This document shows positions 38,001-45,396 of a stretch of 64,000 nucleotides of DNA, piece after piece (position 1 is the stretch's first letter; each line of letters starts with the position of its first letter). This DNA is from Phycisphaeraceae bacterium (GTDB taxonomy: Bacteria > Planctomycetota > Phycisphaerae > Phycisphaerales > UBA1924), in the NCBI GenBank assembly GCA_019454185.1, contig CP075368.1, positions 1,899,649 through 1,963,648 of the forward strand, given 5' to 3'. The position numbers and the translations under genes were made by a program. Under the pieces are notes generated by a model. The model ran no database searches. It was given only the letters and a program-made list of their open reading frames with translations, and was not told the origin of the DNA.

Positions 38001-40292
38001 GCTGGATTGCTCGCTGTCGAGCGTCTTGAGGAGTTCAACCGCGACGGCGTGGACCGACTCCGGCGCGGAGATGATGAGTCTGTTCGAGGGCGCGTCGGGG
38101 ACGATCTCGAGCAACGAGCGCGCGTCGACGCCGAGCGGAAGTTCTCCTCCGCTCTGCGCCTCGCGGATCCGTACGAGGAGCAGCCGCTCAAGAAGAGGTG
38201 AGAGGCGGTCGGCCCTGGCGTGCGCAAGGTCGTACATCTTGAGGGCGGCCGGGCTGACTCTTGCGACGTCGAGTTCGGCGAGGATCTTCTCAACCTGTGG
38301 GAAGATCACTGAAGGACCGGTGACGAGAAGGGTGCGGGTTGTGGGCTCGACGTCGACGAAGACGCCCCTCGCGCCCGAGGGCGCGCCCGCCGGACCGTAG
38401 ATGGTGCCTGCGTCCACCATGCGGCGAATGGTGGCGGCCATGGCGTCGGGCGCAACTCTTTGGACGCGATAGGTGCGCATCTCGGCATCGCCGAGTTTGC
38501 GGGAGTCATCGAGGCGGCGGATCATGGCCTCGATCGCGGGGAACTGCTCGGACTTGGCCCGAACGATCACGCTGGCCACATCGTCGATGGGTTCGATGCT
38601 GGGCGGCACGTATCGCGCGCCGTCGGTGGGTTCGAGGATGGGACGAGCGACTCTGGCGAGTATGGGCGCGAGTTCGCTGGGCTTTGACGAGACCTGGAAG
38701 GTGCGGGTTTCCTGCTCGATGCGTGCGCTGACCTCCGCTGATCGGAGGAGTTCTTCGAACTTTGAGATGCTCTCTCTGGCGCCGATCAGCGTGACGGTGC
38801 GGGATTCGGCCTCGAGTGCGGCGTGGATGGGCCTGGCGAGATCGAACCCCGCGGCCTTGTAGAGATCCTTCGCGCGAGCGAGGACATCGGCTGGGTCGCC
38901 ACCCGCGATGGTGAAGAGCCGCACGTCTCGATCTGCCTCGGAGGGAACATCGAGCCCTGCGATCAGCGCGGCGACGGCGTCAACGTCGGACTCGGGTCCT
39001 GTGACGATGATGGAGGATCGATCGGGCGCTGCGACGTATCGGAGCACCTGCTGCTGGCGAGGCGTGAGCAGCCGGGAGAGGACCGACTCGATCTGATTCG
39101 GGACGACATGCATCAAGCGGATTGTGCGGGCGACACGAGTGATGGGGAGTCCATCGGGCGCGCCGGCGGGATCGAGCGCGCCGATGAGTGCGGTCGCGGT
39201 ACGCAGATAGAGAGGGAGCCCGATGACGGTGACGCGCTGCTGATCCGGCGTTGTGACGACCACGGGCTTGCGGTCTGCAGGGACCTGTGCGTAGACAGCG
39301 TTCAGCGCCTGCTGGGCGAGATCGACCGTGAGCCCCTGGAGGGAGAATGAGATCAGCTGCTGGTCGCCGGATTCGCCGCCGGGTGGAACGTCCAGCAGGC
39401 CAACGAGCTCTTCGACGACGCGTAGGCGGCTCTCGGAGCCGACAGCGATGACTGAGTTCGTGCGCGGATCCGGCTGGATGTTGAGGCCGGCGACGTTGAC
39501 CTCCTCGACGACGCGCTGCTGACCGTCCTTGTCGACGATCACGGTTTTCTGGCGCTCGCCGACGAGGCCGCGGAGTGCGGCGACGACGGAGTCGGCCTTC
39601 GCGTGCTTGAGCGGGAAAAGCTTGAAGGCGGAATCGACGGGGCGGACCTCGTCGATCGAGCGGACGATCTCGCGGATCCTGCGGCACTGCGCCGCGGTCT
39701 CGACGATCACGACCATGTTCTGCGCGGGGATGGGGGTGATGCCGCCGTATGCGCCGAGGAGGGGCTTGATCTGCGCGGCGACGAGTTCGGCCCTTGCGTT
39801 GTTGAGCGGGATCGTGATCGTCAGCATCTCGTCCGGCATGATCTCGGACGGGATTTCGTCACCGGAGACTCTCATCGGTTTGCGAGCGGCGTCTTGGAGC
39901 GAGGAGAGGTAGAGATACTTGCCTTCGCGACGGAGGTGCGCGCCGAACCTCGCCATGTTCAGATTCAGGATGCTGAGCGCTTCGTCAAGGGTGTAAGACT
40001 CTTCGCTGATGAAGGTCAGGGCGGAGGCGGGAACGTCGGTCTCCTTGATGACCGGCAACCCGGACTCGCGCGAGAAGAAGTCGATCACCTGATCGAAGGG
40101 GGAGTCCTTAAAGTTGAAGCGGATGCCGACGGGAGGGACCGGGCTTGCATCCAGCTGCACGACGGGGGGAGCCGCGGGCGGCTGGGCTTCTTGTGCCAAG
40201 GCGAGCGAGTCGAGGTGCCAGATCGAGATCGGGTGCCCTGCGCAGAGCACGAGTGAGGCAATGACCGCGCCAGTGTTGCGTCTCCACGCCAT
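29013..40292 (-). CDS. gspD: giant type II secretion-type secretin (N0 + ~39 N-domain repeats + secretin pore domain)
   Basis: Single ORF. ATG at 40292 preceded by GGAAGGAG. Has a signal peptide, an N0-like IRFNFKDSPFDQVIDFF..., repeated ...R(T/S)N(S/A/T)L(I/V)V...LD units, and a C-terminal secretin domain ...VVIGGLIQNTQEDRRTKVPLLGDIPIIGNAF... Confidence 0.9.
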   Translation of the reverse strand: MAWRRNTGAVIASLVLCAGHPISIWHLDSLALAQEAQPPAAPPVVQLDASPVPPVGIRFNFKDSPFDQVIDFFSRESGLPVIKETDVPASALTFISEESYTLDEALSILNLNMARFGAHLRREGKYLYLSSLQDAARKPMRVSGDEIPSEIMPDEMLTITIPLNNARAELVAAQIKPLLGAYGGITPIPAQNMVVIVETAAQCRRIREIVRSIDEVRPVDSAFKLFPLKHAKADSVVAALRGLVGERQKTVIVDKDGQQRVVEEVNVAGLNIQPDPRTNSVIAVGSESRLRVVEELVGLLDVPPGGESGDQQLISFSLQGLTVDLAQQALNAVYAQVPADRKPVVVTTPDQQRVTVIGLPLYLRTATALIGALDPAGAPDGLPITRVARTIRLMHVVPNQIESVLSRLLTPRQQQVLRYVAAPDRSSIIVTGPESDVDAVAALIAGLDVPSEADRDVRLFTIAGGDPADVLARAKDLYKAAGFDLARPIHAALEAESRTVTLIGARESISKFEELLRSAEVSARIEQETRTFQVSSKPSELAPILARVARPILEPTDGARYVPPSIEPIDDVASVIVRAKSEQFPAIEAMIRRLDDSRKLGDAEMRTYRVQRVAPDAMAATIRRMVDAGTIYGPAGAPSGARGVFVDVEPTTRTLLVTGPSVIFPQVEKILAELDVARVSPAALKMYDLAHARADRLSPLLERLLLVRIREAQSGGELPLGVDARSLLEIVPDAPSNRLIISAPESVHAVAVELLKTLDSEQSSAGNSVVKIIPLAFAEVNATVAALGQAVGSMQFPSGGRVTVTGAPGANSIILAGLEMDIRTVEELIEPLDVRPTSAETPAVETFALKHADAAQIATTVERLLVDQQETDPRILTLQLRYAQNRPDLFKKPTIRVQAETRTNALIVSAPQGTLELARSVIEKLDQPASDPERTAASYSPTRGDANTLAYAVARIVNATLPQGRSPLELSIEPRSGAILALGTKTQVEEALRLLKERDEQSIAMPASEVRILELKHSDASSVAQMVQPMLLDRSRWPEDLLRAERAGLALSMPSVRAETRFNRLVLSGPSLLMPIADELISAFDRPAQTGPIDVRVFRLTEGSAQTVADAVRAALAGTLMPGEQPASVSGEPSGNTILVAGSAAQLARAAQLIESMDTAGRGDGAGVRTVFLKNARAEQVAPLVEQVLRKESLLRMLPEWQRGQALLQSGGKIEAEIRVAAEKRLNAVVVSGPLATLTLAEQMITELDVKPETDSTSSVVRVITLHGADAAELAVSIGEVIGEQNDQGPAPTLRVDRQSNSLIVRATPDQMKLIESLVKQLDQAALASSRQVRMIPVDRSRADAALMAETLKRLLEDRGGLTVEVISSEELLKRSGAAGRETPDMPATKPSSNAAPRHDVPPDLQTMPFLARALAIAALGQPSVSNEPEESTGGLTIGVDPATNSLIVVGPPRLTDRVAALAAQLERSLPSEPGKVRIITLPDAIDANSVAAIVNQTIARIGRSGIENPSGFSGSVSVAPDPSGGALIVWSNDTDFAVVGELIGSMIHQRGGPTMTLRVLPLQSMTAAQAVQAVNDLVSAAPRGIQARRVRAMQWSLPGADTPGTDTLATIEPGAIRVVASPGGASLIVAGPVEAMPIVERFVSLLDQGSSGDRLAIQRLTLDNARPTEIASTLQRLFDARRQGTPGATQVRAQFVGDDRSGSLLATGTPDEIKEALELAASMDNPAASRDFAFKVIELKNARAMDIGPTLQNLAGEMQWERISGRAGQNDKDRFYLEPNERTNSIVIMGRQETIETVEGIVRLLDVPPGEAGAVAVKAVAVQSADLASIKSVIERAMATPGWRPWRGPDPDGVTVEIDRLRRAVVLVGKNDRVEAAAKYIADLDVGGPGATIETIRLEHASAERAAASLQRFFAARNQAQGLRADSFSILGSPEGNVIIASGDVESMKLLRDLVAQIDQPELGADRSIEAYTVRNATAQDAASTIRSMFPRSGRAEDQVIVTPQPSTGTLIVSAPTTLQTQIADLVRQLDTPPTDGGATLATVKLESARATEVANALRAALPQTLRVTVTPVERSNSIVLSGSPEAIQYVIDQVKKLDEQPARTIASFKRVTLEHAVADRVWASMNELLRNRPRVPGETPVNLDYSATENAISIAAPADQIDEIEAMIKALDVPASTTRTTEFVKLDFADAEQASKALGMFYGRSAPEATSPGARNVTIVADPASNSLVVSAEPTQWEGIRSLLKKLDTEDYDRSRQLEVMPLRFADATGVARAINEGFRAIVQEQLEARRLRVEESRNRGANARAGESAAPSLLVDEEGIPSVAPEIQTNSLVVFAGKRYMDRIRGIVARLDEPDSLRLPEARVVPLRGGSATAVANSIREVFAASSGAGRNANPRALVVVGDEASNSLIVRCDDTQFTQVKALAEALQGQADVTRLATRVLKLEHVPAARLRQTILATFTPVAQQNRETLAVEIDRTANALVIASSQRLFEQIQTTIKELDTPALGTADGESITPGLGQVVSIVDLTNTSPADIKRTLDQLGISGAQPSDRPGIVSEPVTTVALTTRQAIAVVAGPADARIVSGLIRQIDSDPVEADQAVGIVRLRIAGANQLVNTLRLMLNPAEQASQTGPARAIAEQVRRLSVIREGVGKDPLKLDLSKPIRLIPDTEANTILVASTPGNVEAVRAVIDTLDTLATGDAVVIRMFALENASAVRARTVVDTLFRQGEALRRLPGTARQGLPTTATGRALAGEIALAVDDRTNTLVVAGREEAVALVEVLIRDLDSTEATSWIEPTILQLKHADANAMADLLRRTLVQGLAGTPEALGIQRQIARLRVVDSGRDPADPRASVQGDLFAPMTGLVIQPALPMNALVVIGSASNLRIVTELVAQLDVEPAAAANSVRFFPLNHANAARVASMASEIFRQRQATGAMRPEDALVVTADIRTNSLIASTSVSSFSILEALLKTLDTSETNEAVGLHVVPVPGVDVASLAPRVQRLMRERLEAARRAGSIEQPQDAFSIEPDAANSLLIVASSDENLAVVKDLIVSLTADAAAVAGAERTTLIPLGQMRAADVADTVNALYVQKEIARRGQRAVSVVPNAQLNALVVSGTESDVNAIRGIIERMESAEVTAVQDVRRLELRTANALEVVNLLENVLAGRTLGGGRGVGATQATRIRFLRDQIADQIEGRTGREATEAAVDGAIRDQVRMTPDLRTNSLMVAAPPAVMEVIAAIVADLDTTSAGSRRVEWFRLKNADARAMADVLRDLFSLQQQGDRLVLVPTQTDLRSPGESDPAAPAFNNTTLTPIPDTRKELSITIDARTNTLLVSGTDEYLEMVRSVVDELDGIEATERLQLVYKLRYAKADEVERTLARYFQEESTKIRSTLGPSQTGSLTRQLEQEVTVVGDGKSNKLVVSTSPRYAEIVQSIIEELDAAPPQVMIQVLLAEVTLDASRQWGMDSTAGPFGGNMWQFGALGAGAGVATALGVANLSISSNDFSVLIRALEVQGKLEVLSRPQVTVNNNERALIQVGEDIAIVTGVERLDNGNTRSDVERRDVGIILNVTPSISADGFVRLEIAPEISSVSQRTTQISEDFEAPIITTRKVDTVVTVKDGQTVVIGGLIQNTQEDRRTKVPLLGDIPIIGNAFRSTQVENIKTELLVILTPKVVPGDSPSSIDLQSRWTRHEIGRMSNPTQIRDALEMHDGSPPPTTLPPLEMRESNPSGAAPGSSSAAQGDRVRTVGRKEERPR
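29958..39827 (-). repeat. protein-level tandem array of ~39 secretin N-domain-like units inside the secretin gene
   Basis: Counted by eye from the recurring strand-helix-strand-strand-helix signature. The units are diverged at DNA level. Confidence 0.8.
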
Positions 40293-40347
40293 AGAACCCG
40301 CTCCTTCCGTGTGAGCGGTCGATTGTCCGACCACCCGCACAGTCTAC

Positions 40348-41325
40348 CTATTCCTTCCTGATCCGGTCTGCCAGTGTCGCGCCTGTCCGAACTGTCCACA
40401 TCGTGCCTTCGAGCTCGAAGACGGCCTCTTCGCCAGCCCCCGAAACGAGCGTAGCGCCGAGCACGGCGGCACCCGGTGCGAGCACTCGCCGCTCGCCATC
40501 CCTCATGTTGAGCATGAGGGCCTCGACGCCGCGCCGTCCGGAGATGACCCCTGTCAGTTTCCATTCCGCGAAGGGCGGGGCTGGTTCCGGTGGTTTGGGG
40601 GGGGCCGCCGCGACGGCTCGGTTGGGTGTTCTGGGGGGAGGCGTCGGCACTTTGAAGACGTTCTTCGCTGTGATCAAGGCGATTGCCTGCACGCCTGACT
40701 CGCCCGGAGCGATGATGGAGGGATCGTTCGGGTCGTCCGTCGAGAGATCGGGCATCCAGATGGTCGCGACGTCGAGTTTCAGTTCGAACCTCTCTCGTTC
40801 GCGTCCGACGGGACGGATGTTGAGGGTGTCGATTCGATGGATCCACGGCTGGCAGGCATACGTCGCGAGCGCTTGCAGGACCTGCGGCAGTGTGCCCGTA
40901 CCTTTCACCTGAGCGCGAACCACAGAGAAGTTTGGAGACTTCTTGATGCGATCCTGCATCAGACGTTCCATGTTTCTGGCAACGGCGGCGGGGTTTCGCT
41001 CGTCTTTCGGGGGTGTGCTGCTGACGACGACATCGGTCAGGCCTGCATCCTGCCCCACCCGACTCAACCCCGTGCGCAGTCGATGATCGACACGATCGAA
41101 CTGTTTGCCGAGGGTTGTGGAGGCCATCGCGGCGAGGCGGTCGCGTACTGCTTGCTGGCGCTGGAGTTCTTTCTCGTAGGCAACCTGGGCGCGCCGCAGG
41201 TCGGCTGTCTCTTTGAGCAAGGCATCGCGTTCGTTCGCGTACATCGCGCGGTATCCGTACCAGGATGCGCCGGCGAACATGATCGCGGCAAGCACGAGTA
41301 GCGTTGGCTTGAGGAAGCGTCTCAT
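40348..41325 (-). CDS. T2SS assembly protein, GspM/PilO-like N-part fused to a GspC-HR/PilP-like C-terminal domain
   Basis: N-terminal TM helix, coiled coil, alpha/beta domain, Pro-rich linker, then KLTGVISGRRGVEALMLNMRDGERRVLAPGAAVLGATLVSG... Assignment by architecture and position. Confidence 0.5.
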   Translation of the reverse strand: MRRFLKPTLLVLAAIMFAGASWYGYRAMYANERDALLKETADLRRAQVAYEKELQRQQAVRDRLAAMASTTLGKQFDRVDHRLRTGLSRVGQDAGLTDVVVSSTPPKDERNPAAVARNMERLMQDRIKKSPNFSVVRAQVKGTGTLPQVLQALATYACQPWIHRIDTLNIRPVGRERERFELKLDVATIWMPDLSTDDPNDPSIIAPGESGVQAIALITAKNVFKVPTPPPRTPNRAVAAAPPKPPEPAPPFAEWKLTGVISGRRGVEALMLNMRDGERRVLAPGAAVLGATLVSGAGEEAVFELEGTMWTVRTGATLADRIRKE

Positions 41326-42926
41326 GTGCCGCGTCCTCCCGGTGCGGGCGAGCTTCCGTTCGAGGCCGGCCTTGCATCGGGCTTTGCGGCGGGAGATGAA
41401 GGGGCGGAGTCTGATGGCGTTCGGCGGGATGTGACGAGATCGAAACTGAATCGGTCTTCGGTGTCCGCCGATTGGTTCACGACCTTGTACAAATCTCCAC
41501 GCACCAGGCGCCCGCGGAGATCGAGCGCGATCTCACGTTTGATGACCTTGCCGGAGAGCGAGAAGACGGCCTGCTGGCGACTTGTCCACTGCGCACCGGC
41601 GACGGAGCGATCGCGCGGAACGAACTCGACATCGGCGCTCATGATGGCGGAGACCTCGTCGAGTTGGCCGTCTTTCGGATCGGGCATCTGATCGCTGAGC
41701 CACGTGAGATGTCCGAGCCAGTCCATCCCCGCGCCAGCCCATCTCTCGACGCTTTCTGCCCTTACCTCCTGCACGAGCAGGTCGGCGTACTGCGTGCCCG
41801 CACGATTCATGGCGGCTCGGGCTGTGTCCCGGCTCTCGCGAAACTCGGCGAGTCTCATCTGGGCAACAACCCATGCGCCGCCAAGCATGATGATGAGCGA
41901 GAATGTGCCTGCCAGGGCGAGTTGGCGACGCCTGGCCTTCGGATCCGGCCCTTTCTTGACGACCGCGAAATCGAAAGCTTCGTGAGACTCGGCGCGGCAG
42001 ACGCCGATGCCGATGATCGACTGGAACGCGCCGGTTGCGGCATCGGCGGGTTGCTTGGTATCGGGCTCGATCAGGACGCCGGGAGGGAGCGATGCGACTC
42101 GAACCTGGCTCGCGAGCGAGGCGTCGGCGCTCCGAGCCCGAACCCGCTCGGCTAGATCCGCATCGCCGAAGAGGAGAAGTGATTCTGGAACAGAACCTTC
42201 GCGTCCGCTGGTCCAACCCATCCACGTTCTTCTCGCCTCGACCACGACACGTGCGGCGTACTGCTCCAAGCCACCGTCATCTTGAGGCGCGCCGATCTCT
42301 ACCGCGCGTGCGGTTGCGATCTGGCCGCTCTCAAGGACGAGGAACTCGGCCTTTGAGCGGCTGAGCGCGATGCAGAGCGCGGGTCCGTCGTGACGAGCGG
42401 CGATGCCGCGTGCGATGGCGGAGATTCCGGAGATCGCGAGCTGGATCCCCCCGACACGAGCACCTGCTGCACCGGCAACGGCCCGGTACCAGGCGAGCCG
42501 ATCTGCCGGCAGTGCGGCGGCGACAACGGTGGCGGCACCGCTCTCATCGCCGGATGTATCAACACGGATGAAGTCGATACCCGCGCCATCGATGGCAACG
42601 GTCATCTGGCGTGAGAGAGAGAGTCGGACGAGCCCGGCCAGTTCGGTCTGGTTCAGGCCGGCTCCGCCGGGGATATTCATCCGTTTGAGAATGACCTCTT
42701 CGCGACCCACGACGAAGACAACGCGGCGGAGTGAGAGGCGGCTCTCGGCGGCGACGCGCCCCAACCACGCTCCGATCGCGGCGGCATCGCCACGGTCGAG
42801 ACCCTCCGGTGCTGGAGACTCGATGAGTTCGCGCACGACAACTTTGCCGGATGCCACGGACATGCGTGCGCCAAGGAGGCGCGACCCATCGAACTCGATC
42901 GCCAGCATGTCGGATCTTCGTGGCAT
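41322..42926 (-). CDS. T2SS GspL-like protein (PilM-type actin-like domain + TM + PilN-like domain)
   Basis: MLAIEFDGSRLLGARM... N-domain, central TM helix LALAGTFSLIIMLGGAWVVAQM, periplasmic coiled-coil domain. ATGA overlap with the next gene. Confidence 0.55.
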   Translation of the reverse strand: MPRRSDMLAIEFDGSRLLGARMSVASGKVVVRELIESPAPEGLDRGDAAAIGAWLGRVAAESRLSLRRVVFVVGREEVILKRMNIPGGAGLNQTELAGLVRLSLSRQMTVAIDGAGIDFIRVDTSGDESGAATVVAAALPADRLAWYRAVAGAAGARVGGIQLAISGISAIARGIAARHDGPALCIALSRSKAEFLVLESGQIATARAVEIGAPQDDGGLEQYAARVVVEARRTWMGWTSGREGSVPESLLLFGDADLAERVRARSADASLASQVRVASLPPGVLIEPDTKQPADAATGAFQSIIGIGVCRAESHEAFDFAVVKKGPDPKARRRQLALAGTFSLIIMLGGAWVVAQMRLAEFRESRDTARAAMNRAGTQYADLLVQEVRAESVERWAGAGMDWLGHLTWLSDQMPDPKDGQLDEVSAIMSADVEFVPRDRSVAGAQWTSRQQAVFSLSGKVIKREIALDLRGRLVRGDLYKVVNQSADTEDRFSFDLVTSRRTPSDSAPSSPAAKPDARPASNGSSPAPGGRGT

Positions 42927-42932
42927 CCGTTG

Positions 42933-44342
42933 TCATCCTTTCGCTGACCATCGGCCCCTGCGCTGTCCCGAGGAGTCTCCGCCTTGTTGGGGCGAAGGTG
43001 AAACCCCTCGGCTTGTGCCGTTGCGCGTCCCGCTTGGTCTGCTCACAGACCGAGCATCGTCGCCGGGTTGTGCTGCTTCGGCAAGCGACGCGCCGAGCGA
43101 AGATTCGGGTGGGGTGCTGGATTGTTCCTCGTCCGCAACGAGTGTCTGAGCGAGCAGCGTGTCGATGCCCTCGGACGCACCGTCGAAGGTGACGTCCCGA
43201 AGGTATGACACCCTCACTCGATCGGCGGAACAATCGATGATCGCATCCAACGCCGCACGGGAGAGCACGATCGGTTCATCGTTTGAGGACGATGCCCTCG
43301 TGATCTCACCGACGATTCTGACACGCCAGTGCAGCGTGCGCGTGGTGATCCACGGGAGTGCCCGTGCCATGTCGGAGGAAGAGACGAGCCGCGCATCCAG
43401 AGGCCACGTCGGGCTTCTCGTGCGATCCGCGCCCAAGCGGCGTGCCGCTTCATGGATCTCCTTTGCCCGGCCCTCGAATCCGGGGATGCACCCGAGTACG
43501 GCCTCCGGCGCGCGGGAGATATCAACGAGTCCCTCGCGGCCAGCACCCTGTTCGCCGAAGGCGAGTTCGTCCCAGAGTGCGGCCCACACTGAGGGTGAGA
43601 TACTGAGTCGATCGAGGGCCCGGGCCACGTCTTGAGCGGATGAGAGGTCCACATTCGCGCCGGTCAATCGCTCGACAGTCTCGGTGACCGCGTTGTCGGC
43701 GGCGAGCCGACGATCGAAGGACCCGGCTGCGGCGTCCCAGCGTGCTCGCTTCCGTCCGGAAGACGCGCGATCGCCCACGCCGATGCCGAGATCGGGATCG
43801 AGCGAGTACGCGGTCGCGAGCGATTCGAGCGAGACTCCTCCGATCGCGCCTGCCTCGTCGCGAGGATCGATGCCGACGAGGCGAAGGTCCTCGATGCTTG
43901 TCAGTCCGCCGCGGGTCGCGAGCGACCTGATCGATTGTGCTCGCTCATCGCCGAGGCCGGAGAGGCGGGCGAGCATGGGTGCCGTCGCCACATTGAGGTT
44001 GAGTTTCGCGGCCTCGCTCCTGGCAAGGGCGCTCGGCGGGGAGCCTCCGTCGGACCCAATCTGCTCTAACCTCACTCGGGCCGTGGTCGAGCCATCGGTG
44101 TAAATGGTCCATTCCTCGGTGAGTTCCGGGTCGCCTCCTTCGATGAGATCGTTGCGCTGGGTTTCAAGCTCTGCCATGACGCCGAGCACGCCTGACCAAG
44201 CGGCGGCCCTGGCTTCGCGCCTGAGCAGCGAGCCCCTTGCGCCTGACGCGGTGGCGTCTGATTGGTCCAGCGCGATCATGGCGGTGAGCGCGCCGAGCAC
44301 GATCACGAGCAGCACCGAGAGCAGCGCGATTGCCCGCTTCAT
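42933..44342 (-). CDS. gspK: GspK-like minor pseudopilin
   Basis: MKRAIALLSVLLVIVLGALTAMIAL N-terminus without Glu5, large body with a helix-hairpin-helix-like LNLNVATAPMLARLSGLG... Sits after the three small pseudopilin genes. Confidence 0.65.
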   Translation of the reverse strand: MKRAIALLSVLLVIVLGALTAMIALDQSDATASGARGSLLRREARAAAWSGVLGVMAELETQRNDLIEGGDPELTEEWTIYTDGSTTARVRLEQIGSDGGSPPSALARSEAAKLNLNVATAPMLARLSGLGDERAQSIRSLATRGGLTSIEDLRLVGIDPRDEAGAIGGVSLESLATAYSLDPDLGIGVGDRASSGRKRARWDAAAGSFDRRLAADNAVTETVERLTGANVDLSSAQDVARALDRLSISPSVWAALWDELAFGEQGAGREGLVDISRAPEAVLGCIPGFEGRAKEIHEAARRLGADRTRSPTWPLDARLVSSSDMARALPWITTRTLHWRVRIVGEITRASSSNDEPIVLSRAALDAIIDCSADRVRVSYLRDVTFDGASEGIDTLLAQTLVADEEQSSTPPESSLGASLAEAAQPGDDARSVSRPSGTRNGTSRGVSPSPQQGGDSSGQRRGRWSAKG

Positions 44343-44926
44343 GCGCCTTCACCTCCGCCATCGGGGATCCGGACGATTCTGCGCCAGAACTCTCCTCGGG
44401 ATGTGGTGACGCTGATCTCGATCGCGGTCGGCATTCTGCCTCGATCGGCGGCGTCGAACGTGTCGTGCCACGCGAAACCGTCCGCGTATCTGAATCGCAG
44501 CTCTCCAACACGTTCGCAGACGGTCGCTCGCATGCGTTCGCCCGAGACGAGCCATCGCTCGGCCTCAACCCTGGCCCCCTGTCCGTCGAAGTTGAATGAG
44601 GATCCCTGGATGTCACGCGGAGATCGTTCGCCGAAGCTGCCTCGCAGCCACACGCCTCGCGAGAGGATTCTGATCGATGTTTCGTCTCCCACAACGCCGG
44701 AGCCCTCGCGCGGATCGGCGGCGACCGCGGTCATGAGATCGGACTCGATCTGGTCCATCATCGCGAGGACTTCGCGAGCGGATGTTGAGATCGCGGTGAC
44801 TCTGGCTCTCTGGTCTCTCGCGCTCCACATGAGCGACATCACCGCGCCCATGAGCAGGAGCAGCAACGCACACGCGACGAGGACCTCGATCACCGTGAAG
44901 CAGCGTGCGGATCTGCGACGGCTCAC
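44339..44926 (-). CDS. minor pseudopilin (GspJ-like by size and order)
   Basis: Class III signal MSRRRSARC/FTVIEVLVA with Glu5 present and Cys at -1. Confidence 0.6.
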   Translation of the reverse strand: MSRRRSARCFTVIEVLVACALLLLLMGAVMSLMWSARDQRARVTAISTSAREVLAMMDQIESDLMTAVAADPREGSGVVGDETSIRILSRGVWLRGSFGERSPRDIQGSSFNFDGQGARVEAERWLVSGERMRATVCERVGELRFRYADGFAWHDTFDAADRGRMPTAIEISVTTSRGEFWRRIVRIPDGGGEGA

Positions 44927-45396
44927 GCGTCACCTCCCTGCCGATCGAGGGGAAGGGCGGCGGCCGGGGCGTTGCCGATGCGCACGATCTGTCTCGCGGT
45001 GTAAATGAGCCGCTCTTCGGTGCCGACCGAGCGCACCACGCCGATCGATACGAGCATGTGGCTACGGAACTGGGTCGGCTCGGTCTCGACGCGTATTCCC
45101 CAGCCGCTCCAGGGCCCGAGCTGCGGGTCGCTTACGCCGGCACCGGGCGGAGGTCCCATCCAGAGCGGAGAGGATTCTTCGATCGGACCGTCGATGGATT
45201 CGGGCTGAACGACGCCGGATTCGATCAGGGAGATCGCGGACCAGGCGAGATCCGCTGCACGAAGGCGTTCGGCGGTGAGCGTGGATCGGTCGAGGGCGTG
45301 ATCGAGAGCTCCGTGGATCGCCAGTCCGGCCATCGCGAAGAGCACGACGGCCAGAAGGAGCTCGAGAAGGATCGCGCCTCGTCTGTTCATCTCCAC
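44923..45396 (-). CDS. minor pseudopilin (GspI-like by size and order)
   Basis: MEMNRRG/AILLELLLAVVLFA, with Glu5 present. Confidence 0.6.
   Translation of the reverse strand: MEMNRRGAILLELLLAVVLFAMAGLAIHGALDHALDRSTLTAERLRAADLAWSAISLIESGVVQPESIDGPIEESSPLWMGPPPGAGVSDPQLGPWSGWGIRVETEPTQFRSHMLVSIGVVRSVGTEERLIYTARQIVRIGNAPAAALPLDRQGGDA

Noticed and set aside
29013-40292. The giant secretin as an assembly artefact or a string of separate genes.
   Set aside because: The frame is open end to end with a single signal peptide, a single N0 and a single pore domain. The repeat units are diverged at DNA level (no long identical DNA repeats seen), which does not fit collapsed or expanded repeats. Read-level confirmation is still advisable.
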